A model generated the notes under the pieces. It ran no database searches and was not told the DNA's origin. It worked only from the letters and a program-made list of their open reading frames with translations. From contig JAYWIR010000029.1 of NCBI GenBank assembly GCA_036172245.1, positions 2,480,001 to 2,544,000 of the forward strand: a stretch of DNA of 64,000 nt. Direction: 5' to 3'. This DNA is from Raillietiella orientalis. Its lineage: Eukaryota. The position numbers were made by a program, and so were the translations under genes. Below, piece by piece: positions 38,467-49,629 of the stretch (the stretch's first letter is position 1; each line of letters begins with the position of its first letter).

Positions 38467-39300
38467 AGGGCAGCCAATGTCACCCTGTATGCTCTCAGCA
38501 CCAGTTCGAAATAGGTGCTAAAGAGCAGGGGACTCTGGCTATCGCCCTGCCGGATGCCACGCCTTACCGGCACGCCGAACACGTTTCGTCCTCTGAAAAA
38601 AAACGGTGATGATCGCATTGCGCCAGCAGGCGCGCAGGTAGGCCGTTACGGCATATGGGAAGCCCATGCGATCCAAGAGCTCCAGAAAAAGTTCCTGGTC
38701 CACGCAATCGAACGCTTTATGCAGATCGACTGCGATCGCTAGAGCCCCCTTCCCTCCCCGGTCGTCCCTTACTTGCCCCGCTGGCGCCCCCAAATCAGAG
38801 TTGCCGACATTCCGTCTTTCCTTCTTTTCTTCGCGTTGCACATGGAACCATGTGCTGGCGAAGAACAGGTTCGCTTCCATGCTTCGCCCGGGAACAGCGT
38901 AAGTCTGTTCTGAGCTGACGAAGCTGTCCGCCACCTGTCCCAGCCGCGCAGCCCACAGTCCGGCCAACTTGGCGTCCGTGTTCACAATCTGATCGGACGC
39001 CAGTTGCTTAATTTTCGGAGGTCTCCTCCCTTAGGAAGTAGTCTCACCCTGGCTGATCGAAACGAGGCGGTAACATCGTCTTCGTCTCGGATGAGCCGTG
39101 TCAACTCGAGCACCAGGGGGGTCAGCTCTGCGGCGAAGCACTGAAAGAACTCCGCCGGCAGAGCGTCCTCCCCTGGCACCTTACGCCTCTTGAGACTTTT
39201 AATCGCGTTGATGATTTCACCGGTCGTAAAAGGCTCGTCGAGGCTTTCTTTCTCCTCCTCCCCTATGGCCGGGGCTCCATCTGGGAGCAAGCGCCGCGAG
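38467..39300 (-). mobile_element. L1/Tx1-like RT fragment (N-terminal half of RT)
   Basis: PGEDALPAEFF, NWRPIRL, DLHKAFD, GIRQGDSQSPLLF; breaks before YADD. Confidence 0.92.
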
Positions 39301-39760
39301 GCGTCCCACTCCGCAGGTGCCCTGGCGACCTCTCTTCTTCCGTGACACTCTGCCGCCAGCAGCCTTGCTAGCAGCCCTGTGCGGCCTACGCGGGATCGTC
39401 GATGCATGGAGCAAAGCGACGGGAGGATCCAGCGACAGGTATGCCACCGAATACGCCGACCGCTCCTGAGGATGGCGACGCGATGGCCCAATCTGGAATC
39501 TAGCATTCAGCAACAGCTTGCCGGCAGCTTCCAGGGGATGACGGACCCTCCCAGCAGACAATGATCCCTTTCCGCTCCCTCCCCAGTTTTGTTTATTTTT
39601 TGTTTTTGCCCCTCTCCTCTGCTGCCGAGATGGACTGTACCGGTCTATGTACCAGTTACCCGGCAGGCTGCATACATCTAGGGAGTGGCTGGTCCACGGT
39701 CCAGTCACAGCATTTATATAGGTTTGTTCGCAAGAATAAACACCCCGGCGCAACCGGGTG
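39301..39760 (+). mobile_element. L1/Tx1-like 3' fragment C
   Basis: LFFRDTLPPAALLAALCGLRGIVDAWS matches fragment A; ends AATAAACACCCCGGCGCAACCGGGTG. Confidence 0.82.
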
Positions 39761-40348
39761 TGAATAGAGGAGATGAAGATCCGAGTCTTACGGCGCCGGC
39801 GAGTCCAACCCTCCCTAGCGTGACCAGCAGGGAGCCCTATACCTTCCCCCCCCTGCGCCTCGCCTTCCGTGCGAAGTGGTCTTTCGCACCATCCCTCTGA
39901 GAATGGCTTTTCCCTCTCTTCCCGGATCCGGGAGAAAGCTCTTTCAGAGGAACTCACGTCTCGAGGAGGGTCCCTCAAGAAGCCGGCAATGAGCACCTCA
40001 GCAAAGTCATCTCTTCGGATTCCTGGGGGACTTCCCCCACAGCCCCCACCGCGAGCTCCCCCTCGGCTCCAAGAACTCATCCTGAAGCTTCCGAATGTTG
40101 CCGATGCTCCCTCGGAAGGACGTAGGGGAAGTGGTGGCTTTTTCGTTTCCACTTGCCCTTCCTCTTCTGGCTTGGGTTTTTCTTGCTAGCGTCTCGTCTC
40201 GGGTTCTCTTGCCTTGGTCAAGAACGCAGGTCCAAGACTTTCTCCTACGTGACGTCCCAACAACCCCCCTTCTCTTTTTTTTTCTCTGGCTTGTTGAATG
40301 CTGAACAACCGTTCTCCTTCTCAAGAGGAGCTCACAGAGATCTTGAAT

Positions 40349-40828
40349 GCTGTCCACGCTGCCCGAGGGTGCGTGTAACTCTTCAGTTTATAGGGAGTAC
40401 CCCGGGGGGAGATCATCCCATGAATCCAGGAAGGCTCCGGAGGAAGGAGTCCCTTCTTCTTACGCTTGGGAGGGAACCCCGAAGAAACCCTCTCCCTTAT
40501 TCCCTCCGGGGGGTCTCCCGTGGTGGCACAGCACTACTCATTTTTTCTCCCAAGGGAACCCAGAAAGGATTCGCCTCTTTTTTCCTCTTCTTCCCCGAAG
40601 GAAGCAGAGCGCTTGTTAACACTCCGGAGAGACGACCCTCCAAGAGGGATATCAAACGGTTCCATTTTTCACGATGGAGACCTCCCCCTCGATAAGGGAG
40701 TCGGCTTCATTTTTACAATTGGAGAGGAACCCGGAAAGGAACCGGCTCTTGGGTTCCTGGAAGGATCCCGGTGGGTGAACTTCCGATCTCCGCCAATCAA
40801 CGGAAGCGTTTGGTTTCCATCGGTGCCG
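40349..40828 (-). mobile_element. SINE-like family, 3' part of a copy split by a LINE insertion
   Basis: Colinear with 24667-25255; contains tgaatccaggaagg and ttcctggaaggatcccgg blocks. Confidence 0.72.
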
Positions 40829-41729
40829 TGGAAACCTTCTGGTGAGAAGTTACTGTGGAAACTTCCGGAAGGAAGAAAGGACTGGGCGAGTGGACAGCTC
40901 ACCAAGTGGAGCAATCGGAAACTCAATGTAAGGATGCGACTCCGATTGCTCGACCTCATGGACTTATGAGCTGGAGCGTGCTACTGAGTATTCCGGAGGA
41001 AGACTTGCAGTGACCTCGGGTGCTCATGAACACCCGCATCCTCTCCTTAAAGTGACAGGAGTCGGCGTTGATGCTGCTGCACTGGGGCCTCCTGTGCAAC
41101 TCGCCCAGGCATCATTGGACACGGGGGAGTGGGGGGTAGACCCGAACCTTGCAAGGTATGGGGAGCGGAAATCCATGCTACACCTCCTAGTGGGCTATGT
41201 TGCCCTCCGGCCCCTTTGGGAACGCTTTGCCGCGACCCTTGGAACCCCCGAGACACATTGAAGCGCCTTTTTCTGTGAGACACCCTCACGCCAGCCGCAT
41301 CCCTAGCAGCAAAATGCTGCCCATGCGGCGGGATCATAGCTGTATGGAGCAATGCCAGAGGAGGCCGGAACGACAGGGATGCCATTCACTTTGCTGTGCT
41401 CTTCATGAGGACACCGTCAAGATGGCTCCATCTGGGAACCACAAAACAGGAACTTGCCGGCGTCCGTACAAGGATGCAGAGAGCACCCTCCAGCACACAG
41501 TGATCCCTTCTCGGACCCCCCTCTTATTCTTTGACTGTATGTTTTTGGTTTTATTTTTCTATTTTGTTTGTCTCTCCTTCCCCTGTGCAGCCGAGGCGAC
41601 CCCGTTGTTCTGTGTGCCTGTTCCTGGCAGGTTCCTTCTCATACTTATAAGTGACGTGGCAGGACATTTAGACAGGCACTGCCACAGGCATTTATTTTTT
41701 ATTAATAAGGGCTCCGGCGTGACCGGGTG
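40829..41729 (+). mobile_element. L1/Tx1-like 3' fragment D inserted in the SINE copy
   Basis: HGLMSWSVLLSIP, YGERKSMLHLLV, LRPLWERF; ends AATAAGGGCTCCGGCGTGACCGGGTG; flanked by a diverged 13-bp duplication. Confidence 0.82.
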
Positions 41730-41882
41730 TCAACCAGTGCCGCATCCGAAGCCAGCCGAGGCCAACCAGCGTCATTCTGCGAGGGGGACTCGAAATCCAT
41801 GACGTACCCTTTCCTCGGTGTCGATCGTTCTCCGGGTGGCATCCGAATCCGCAACGCATGGTGCCATTTGCAGAGGCCACAG
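41730..41882 (-). mobile_element. SINE-like family, 5' part of the split copy
   Basis: Reverse complement gcgttgcggattcggatgccacccggag..gatcgacaccgaggaaagggt..tgacgctggttggcc matches 45530-45655. Confidence 0.72.
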
Positions 41883-43614
41883 GTAAAAAGATCGTAGGAA
41901 GGAGGACTGACACACGGCTGTCGACGTGGATCTCTTCAATGTCCTTCGGTCCCTTCTTGGAGCCGCGCGCCAGAAGCTCTCCCCCGGATGAATGGCGGCC
42001 AATTATCGGTCCTGCACCCTCGCCGCAAGGAAGAGCATCTTCCCTTCGAGGGTTTGGACCGGCTGGAGAAGAGCGACGAGACCTCTAGTGGGCTCATCTT
42101 GTTGGTTCCGACGGCGGACGTTTTCCCTGCCCTGGGCGGGAGGACAGCTCCGCGTACGCCCTCGAGGCTTCCTGGAGTGAATCGGCGCCGACCGTGCATG
42201 TTCCCGGTGAGGATAGGAGATCAGGCTTTGACGCTGCTGTTGCAATTGTGGGATCCTCCGGCAGTCGCAGGTCAAGGACTTCCCTGTAGCGGCCTCCGGG
42301 CCTCCTCGCCTCCACCGCCCAGCAAGCTCTTCGGCGGTGCCCGAGGTCAGGAGAGGAGGAAGAACTTCCCTAGAAGAAGACTGGGAACCAAAAGGAGGCG
42401 GGCGCTCATGAAGGAAAGAAAGGAAGAATCGTAGCCCCAAGTGTTCCCGTGTTCTGACTGGGGAGGATGTCGGGAGGCGCTGGTCATCGCCTCTTCGCTG
42501 CGATCCCTAGCTTTCCCAGGGCAGTCAGGAAGGCATCCAGCCACTGATGAAATGAAAGTGGATGAGGGATAAGTACGAAGGCTTTCCGTGGGGGATTGTG
42601 ACCCGCGGGAGATGATTTGCGCGTGCATACGCATAGGGCACGTGTAGTGGGAAGATCGACGTCTTCACCAGTGCCCTGTAACGAGATTAGGAGATGTGCT
42701 GTCCGGTCATTGGCGATAGCACGAAACTATCCGTCACGCCTTGGAGTGGAGGCGCAAGCCAAATCAAGGATGAGAGGTAAGCAGATAAAAACTTGCCTCT
42801 GACAAATCTTCGGGATCGCTTCATCTCTCGGGGCAGCAAAGTAGGTTTCCTCTTCTAATGACTGCTGATCCGACCCGGAAAAAAGGAACACTCTCCATTT
42901 TCTTCCTTTTTTCCCCTTTTTTCGGGGAGAGGGGGGGAGGGGGAGGGAGTAAAGGAGAAGAGAAGCAAAATGACGGAAGACTGCATTCTTCGTGGAGGCT
43001 GAGTGAATGTGCATCTGCCGGAAGGCACGGACTGATGCTGGGAAGAAAGATAGCTGGCCGACGGGAAGCACTTCCGTACACAAGCGGCACTAATCCAGAG
43101 CTTTCTGTTTGTTAGAAGGGTCGCCGGGAGAGTCGACAAATCAATTCCTCTAATTCTCCGTTCTTCGCGAATGACTTCCTTCCCCCCCCCTTTGCCGCGC
43201 ATCTGTTTCCCGCCGCATCCACCTCCTGCCTGCTCTTCCACGGCTGGCAGCGATCCCCCTCCCCTCCCACATTGTTGGACATGCCAGTTGGCAGCATCTC
43301 TACACCTTAGCCTGGAAGGGTAAGGTGTAGATCAAAGATAGCTCTCCTGAGAGGAGATCCAGACAGGGTCCCGAAAGCGAGCGCGTGGCTCGACAGACTG
43401 GAAGACGTGGAAGAGAAGGAACTCAGGAGGCCGTGAAACCCGGGATCAGGAACGAGGGACTCTCGCTCCGGCTTGGGGATGGCTTTTGTCCTCCTTCGAG
43501 GCCTGCAGTTCGAGGCGGCCAGGGCAGCCGAAATCATGGAAAATGCAGCGTCATCATCCTCATCATCAGAAGCATAGGTCGTTGAAGAACGGGATATGAG
43601 ACATCACAGCAGTA

Positions 43615-43653
43615 GTCGCTTCTCGGCCTTTTGGCTGAGATCAAAGTGCAGCA
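43615..43653 (+). pseudogene. U2 snRNA 5' fragment (about nt 1-39)
   Basis: gTCGCTTCTCGGCCTTTTGGCTgAGATCAAAGTGcAGcA versus U2 5' end ATCGCTTCTCGGCCTTTTGGCTAAGATCAA(A)GTGTAGTA; rest of U2 absent; A-rich tract at 43667-43687. Confidence 0.9.
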
Positions 43654-45487
43654 GTCGCAGGTATGGAAGAAAAGGAAAAAAAAAAAACGGGAAACCAGCT
43701 CGGTAATAGTGTTCATCTAAAGTCCGCAAGTGATCTGACCTTCAGCAGCGTGGCTAGCAGGAAGTTCCACTTCCTCCCTCACGCCTTGTCTTTTGTGGCA
43801 GGTGGTTTTTCTTCCTCGCGCTCCCCCTTCGGAAAACGGAGTCTCCTTCCTCCCTCCCGCAGATGACCTTGCGAGGAGAGCTCTGTCAAAGAACGGACGT
43901 CTTGAAGAGCAGCAGCCCTCGTGGTCGAAAATTCTGCATGCAGCTCTGCAATGGACTGCAGAAACGGGAAGAGAAGAAAAGAGGAAAACGGTGTCGAACG
44001 GAGAAAGGACCGGCCGAGATCTGTGGCGTCTAATCGGAACCGGCAGATGGAACCGAGATGGCGACAAGTTTCGGCGTTCGGGATTGAAGCTCCAGGACGA
44101 CACTCTTGCACTTGAGAGAGGCATCTCACTGAGTTGAGCAAGGAGTTCTGTCCGGCTGACTGACTAAAAACATCGCTCTGGAAGATGCAACCGACCCCTG
44201 CCGGATCGGCGGCCCTATCCGAGGGATCCAAGTTTCCCAGCAGCCGGTTTTCTCAGGATACCAAGTCAGCGTTACCTCTTTTGAAGCTCGGAAGCATTGG
44301 CGATGTTTGACACGGTACCTGGAGCAATTTATGGGTACCGGATGTCGGGGTAGCCGGTTGAGCGTGATGGTAGAGAAGTGGAGGGGAGAGTTGATATGAG
44401 GAATGGGGTGATGCGTTTCGTTAGTAATTTTGAATTTTCAGTAATGGTAAGGAGCAAGATTGTCGTAGAGAAGAATTGGGAGAATTTCGCTGTCTATTAT
44501 GGAAAGATGCATGGCGATTGTAAGGATGTTAATTGGTTGATTATTAGCTAGGGTGATGTGGCTAATATTAAAAGGTTGAAATGTAATGATGGGAATGAAA
44601 TTGATAAGGAATGAAATGGAATGAAATTTAGAGTAGGAATGTAATTAATAAGAGGTCTGATCGCGAGGAATTGGGTGACGCGAGCTAGTAGGATAGGGGA
44701 GTTTTTCTGTTGATGGGCGAATGGAGTGAAGGTGTGTGTTTGTGTGATTTTTTGAGGTAGTTTATGTCATTAGAACGAGGAGTGGTATTTATAATATGCT
44801 GGAGAAGAAATACATTATGATTCATTATTAAAGATAGGTTGTGTTGGTTTCATAGATGCTTAGGTTTCATGAATCGAGTACGAAGTTTAGTGGTATAACA
44901 AATGGACCTGATTTCGTCCTCTGTCCAAGCAGGTGGTTGGTCAACTTCTCCTTGGTTCCCTTCCATCGATCGAAGTCGGGGGCCCTTGGCACACCTCGAC
45001 TACTGTTTCAAGTCTCAGTTTCTCACTTCGCTTTGCTCCCTTAGCTTTCAGCGCTCGAGAATGGCCACAGATTTCTTCCCTTCCCCCCTTCCCCTTGCTT
45101 TCTTGAGAGTAAGCAGCCGCCCCGTTGGCTGGTTTACCTCTGCGCGCCTGGCCTCCCGTGTAAGGATGACCTAGAGCGACCCGCTCCTTCATGGATTTCA
45201 GCTGAGAGGTGATCCCGTACGGGAATTCCGATTGGGTATCGAGATGACTTTGTGCGGTTGCGCGATCGCAGTGGATTGCCTGCATCGTGATTTTGTGCCG
45301 CCAGTTCGCTTTCAAGTGCCGAGACCTGCTAGAAGGAGAACGAGCTGGTCACCTCGACCGCGGGACAGAGGAATGACCCAAGAAGAACAAGACTCTCCGG
45401 TTGGAACGAAGTGCGAGCAGGCACCGGAAGAAATGCGCTTCCCTGTTCGCCGAAAGTCGTTTCCTTCTATAGTGTCCCGAATTCCTT

Positions 45488-46137
45488 GGCCCGCGTTGGA
45501 GGCCGTGAGGTCTCTCCGCCAGCGACACCAAGCGTTGTGAGTTCGAATCCCACCCGGGGCTAAGGATCGACACTGAGAAAAGGGTGCGCGCCGTGGGTTT
45601 CTCCCCTCAAGATGACGCTGATTGGCCGATAGATTCTGGGTGCGGCGGCACTGGTAGAAACTCCCAGATGCCCCCCGTTGACTGTCCGATATTGGAATTT
45701 GGCTTATTGGGGTCCTTCCAGGAATCACGGAGCCGGAGAATTTCAAAAGGAACCGACTCTCTGATTCAGAGTGTCAAGAAGCGCGCTGTTCCCTTCGAGA
45801 GCGACTCTTCAGAGAAAATCGGGAAGGGTCCCTTAGGGGTTCTCTTCAGAGGAGGGAACCAGGAGCGGTTTTCTTGCGGGTTCCGCACGGAAAGGAAATT
45901 CCAGGAGCGGACCCTTTCCAAGTTCCCTTCGTAGAAGAAACGAGGAGCCTTCCCCTCCAGGAGACCTCCCCCCTCCTTCCGGAGAAAATAAGGAAAAGCA
46001 TTTCTTCGGGGTTCGTTGCCAAGCGTAAGAAGAAGGGACTCCTTCCTCCGGAGCTTTCCTGGATTCATACGGTGGTCCCTATGATTCTACCTGCTAACTC
46101 GAGGAGTCACACGCATCCTCGGGTGGTGTGGATAGCG
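45488..46137 (+). mobile_element. tRNA-headed SINE-like family, internally deleted copy
   Basis: Head GGCCCGCGTTGGAGGC, B-box GTTCGAATCC (45541), shared body blocks, end CACGCATCCTCGGGTGGTGTGGA. Confidence 0.75.
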
Positions 46138-46259
46138 TTAAAGGAGAGCTTCGTGACCCTCTTCTCCTAAGGAGGCGAGCGGTTCTTCAGCACTTAGCAA
46201 ACACACACAAAAAAAAAGCTCCAAGGAAAGAAACGAAAACAGAAGAACTGAAAAGGATT

Positions 46260-47211
46260 TCCACCATTCTAATGCGGTAGGTCTCGTCCACCCCCCTTGC
46301 CACAGTGCTGCCCTCCCTAAGGGACGCAAGAGACGGCGTAGTCGCGGAAAGGTGAGAAGAGACGTGCTGCATAGCAGCAAAGAAGAAACATCTGGGAGCG
46401 TGGAGAACTCGAGAGTTCACGGATGCTGCGACCCCGAGTGTCCCACCCCACGGACTTCTACGCTGGGGTGAGCTGCTTGGCATCCCTGCGGAGGAGGTGA
46501 ATCGTCCCCCAGAGTGCTCGAATAATAGCACCCTCAAGTGGCAGGAGTCAGGGTTTCTGGTGCTGCATGGGGGAATCCCGTGCGAAGCGCGCCTTCGCCA
46601 CTGGACACAGGGGGAGAGTGGACGCTCAGAGTGAGGCAGATGCGGGAAGAAGGAGACCCTCCCGCACCTGCTGTTGGACTGCCCCCCGACCCCTCTGGTA
46701 TCGCCTCGCGACGATCCTAGGGACCCCGGCGAGTGGCCCCAGGGACATTTGGAAACGTCTCTTCGTGCATGGTGCCGCACTTCCTCCAGCCGCGTCCCTC
46801 GCAGTTCTCTGCCGCGTCCGCGGAATCGTGGCAGCCCGGAACGCGGGAAGAGGACAGAATGGCGGGGACGCGGCACTGGGCGCGAATCTTTCCGAGGACC
46901 GCCTCGAGATGGCCCCATCTAGGCGGGACACGAACAGAACTTGCCGGCATCCCGAGCAGCATGCAGAGGACACCTGGCAACGTACCGCGCGATCCCCTCT
47001 TAAATCCTCTCCCCCCCCCTCCACGTATTTGAATTCTCCTCCCTTATTTTGCTTATCTTTTTTGTCTTCCCTTTCCCTACGCTGCCGAAGCGGACCTCGC
47101 CGGTCTGCTTACCACTCTTCGGCAGGTTCGTTGCGCGTGGTAGAGCCAACGGTTCTACCAAGGAAATGCATTTTTATTACTTAACGTGATAAATCTCGGC
47201 ATAACCGGATG
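46260..47211 (+). mobile_element. L1/Tx1-like 3' fragment E
   Basis: LGAWRTREFTDAATP..HGLLRWGELLGIP matches element B; ends GATAAATCTCGGCATAACCGGATG. Confidence 0.82.
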
Positions 47212-47990
47212 AGAATCATCCTTGTGCACTTCCCTCTTCGTCGAAAGGAGACGTGAATTCCTTCTATAGCGTACCGCTCCCACAAAATGACAGGGCGAGC
47301 AATCTTCAAACTCAACCAAGCACATCCATAAGCATCCCATTCTTCCTCGTCGGACGACTTGGGCATTCCACTTTGGAGGGCGCTTTAGCAAAGGCCGGTT
47401 AAGATCCGAACAAGAGCAAGTCTGTGATTTGAAGAAAGGGGAAGAGTCGATTCTCGGAGCATTTCCCACTTCCGGCATTTGTTTTTCCGCTGTGCTCCTT
47501 CGTCGGGGACGGGAATGCATTCGAAAGAGGAGATTCATGCGTCCATCGTTGTCGACAGGAATGACCTCTTTACCTTTCCCCAGCTCCAGGTCTGAAGGAG
47601 CGAAAGCCAAAGATCCCTTGGCTCAGTACAGTTAAGCCAGATCGGCAGGAGCAGCAGTCCTTAAACCATCGAGACCGGAAGCCCGTCTGGACTGGACCAA
47701 CAGAGCCTTTGGCCAGGCGGCGGAAAACAGAACAGTGGCCATGTGGGGAGCTGTCTGTGCTCCCGAAGCAACTTCCAGCTGGTCGGTGACATCTGCTCTA
47801 GTAAATGCTCGGCACGAAGAGAGGCTCGAAGAGCAGCAACATGGTTTGAAGACGCCGACAGGAAACCAGGAGGACACAAGCACACATCTCCAGTAGCAGA
47901 GGACGAGGAAAGTAGGAAACGTAGAAAGGGGAGAGGAAAGTCCATTCCACCCGTGGGATATCGAGGTCTGTTTCAAAATCCCGAACGATC

Positions 47991-48290
47991 GAAATCCCGA
48001 AAGATCATCAAAAAGAAACACGGATGCTTATTCTACGTACATTAATACACAAACTTATTTTGATATGCATGGCTATCCATATTATGTTAACATACTTGTT
48101 ATCAACAGTAATATTAATGGAACCGATATATTTATCAAGATTCATTGGCATACATTTTATTAATATAATCTATAAGTTGTTGATTATACTCTTGATGTAT
48201 ATATATAATTAAAAATTATAATATCTACATATTAATACGTATATATGTTTATTTTTGCAATATATATATATATGCATATACGTATAATAA
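47991..48290 (+). repeat. AT-rich interspersed repeat, copy 4, ending in a TA-rich tract
   Basis: gaaatcccgaaagatcatcaaaa matches reverse complement of 6297-6319; ataagttgttgattatactcttgatg; TA run at about 48260-48273. Confidence 0.85.
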
Positions 48291-48588
48291 GGAGAAGCCA
48301 GAAAATCGTTTCCTCCTAGACTGAGAATTCTGCTTGATTCTTGGACGTAGAAAAAATAGAATGAAAGTCGTGTCGCTTCCAGGTCCTTCCAGAAATGTCC
48401 CGTGGCGGTGTGCCGCACCTTTCTCTGAGCCATGTGAGCAAAGAGTTCTTGCGTGGCAACAGCTAAAGGTCTGGCATTAGTCTCTGACACCATAGCCAGG
48501 GAGGTTATGTATGTGTCGCCGAAAGTCGCAAGTGAATAGGAAAAGTGTTTGCATAATTTTGTTCGTGTTCTCGGGGAGAGAGACAGCC

Positions 48589-49629
48589 ATGCGAAGGGCG
48601 GAGAAGGTTGCATCCTCGGAGGATCAAGAAGATGGCAAACATGACGGAAAGAACTGTTTTGAAAGCATCAGTCCGAAGCCCAAGAGGTATTCGAAAAAAC
48701 CGCAGCGGAAGCGAATGCCTTTGGAAGACGCTCTTGTCACTGGAGGTGATTCTGAAGCGAATGTGCAACCGAATGTGGGAGTCAAAAACAATAGGAAATC
48801 CACGAGGGTAGCAAAGGTGCCCCTTATTACTATTAACCAGGAAGAGGAAAGAAGTGATCCACAGAAAGAGGCAAGGAATCGTGGATGTATCACGAAAAGA
48901 GGTTCGAACATTGACATCGTGATGGTGCCAAAATCGGAACTGAAAGTTGTCACGAAGGACCACGTGATTTCACTGCCTTCTGTCGGAAAAGGTCAGTTTA
49001 CAGTCTCTTTCAGTAACCAAGAAGAAAAGAAGCATAAAAAGAGGAAGTCCAGAAACAGAAAAGCCATCAAAAACTTTGAGAGCACGCGAAGCGAATCAAC
49101 TCCCAGCTGCTCCAGACCAGATGCTCCATCCTCAAAGCAGCTATCAAATGAAGACATGGAAAAATTCAGTCTGTTGTGCATTTCACCCTGCTCACATATG
49201 TGTGCGGTTACTTCTCCTATGAACAACTTTTTTCCTGCAAAACCAGATGTCTCGGAAGACTCTGGGATGCAATGCGCCATCTCCAACAGTTCGCTCTCTC
49301 AATCAGATGATTCTGCCATGCAAACCATGTTGTTAAATTCTCCATCCAGAGCCCAGGCTTCGGATTCCAGCGCTTCCACGGCAACGCAGGTGTCCAGCTC
49401 TACACAATCGTCCGAGGATTCAAATGAAAGTGAAGTTTCAAACCCGAGATCGACTAAGCAATTGAGGACGAGGAAGCGACTAGTAAATCAGTTAGGAAAT
49501 TGGGCCGGATTTTACTTTGATGAAATCACAAACAGCAAAGCTGAAAACACTCCGATCAGAGACAAGTTGAGATCTTCTTCCAAAGAGCCCCTGCAGTTCC
49601 AAACTTCACCAAAAAAGATTGTTCTTTAG
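48589..49629 (+). CDS. Intact 346-aa K/R/S-rich, probably disordered ORF of unknown function
   Basis: Longest ORF in the window; gccATG at 48589 (alternative ATG at 48511); NLS-like KKHKKRKSRNRK; no domain recognised. Confidence 0.45.
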   Translation: MRRAEKVASSEDQEDGKHDGKNCFESISPKPKRYSKKPQRKRMPLEDALVTGGDSEANVQPNVGVKNNRKSTRVAKVPLITINQEEERSDPQKEARNRGCITKRGSNIDIVMVPKSELKVVTKDHVISLPSVGKGQFTVSFSNQEEKKHKKRKSRNRKAIKNFESTRSESTPSCSRPDAPSSKQLSNEDMEKFSLLCISPCSHMCAVTSPMNNFFPAKPDVSEDSGMQCAISNSSLSQSDDSAMQTMLLNSPSRAQASDSSASTATQVSSSTQSSEDSNESEVSNPRSTKQLRTRKRLVNQLGNWAGFYFDEITNSKAENTPIRDKLRSSSKEPLQFQTSPKKIVL

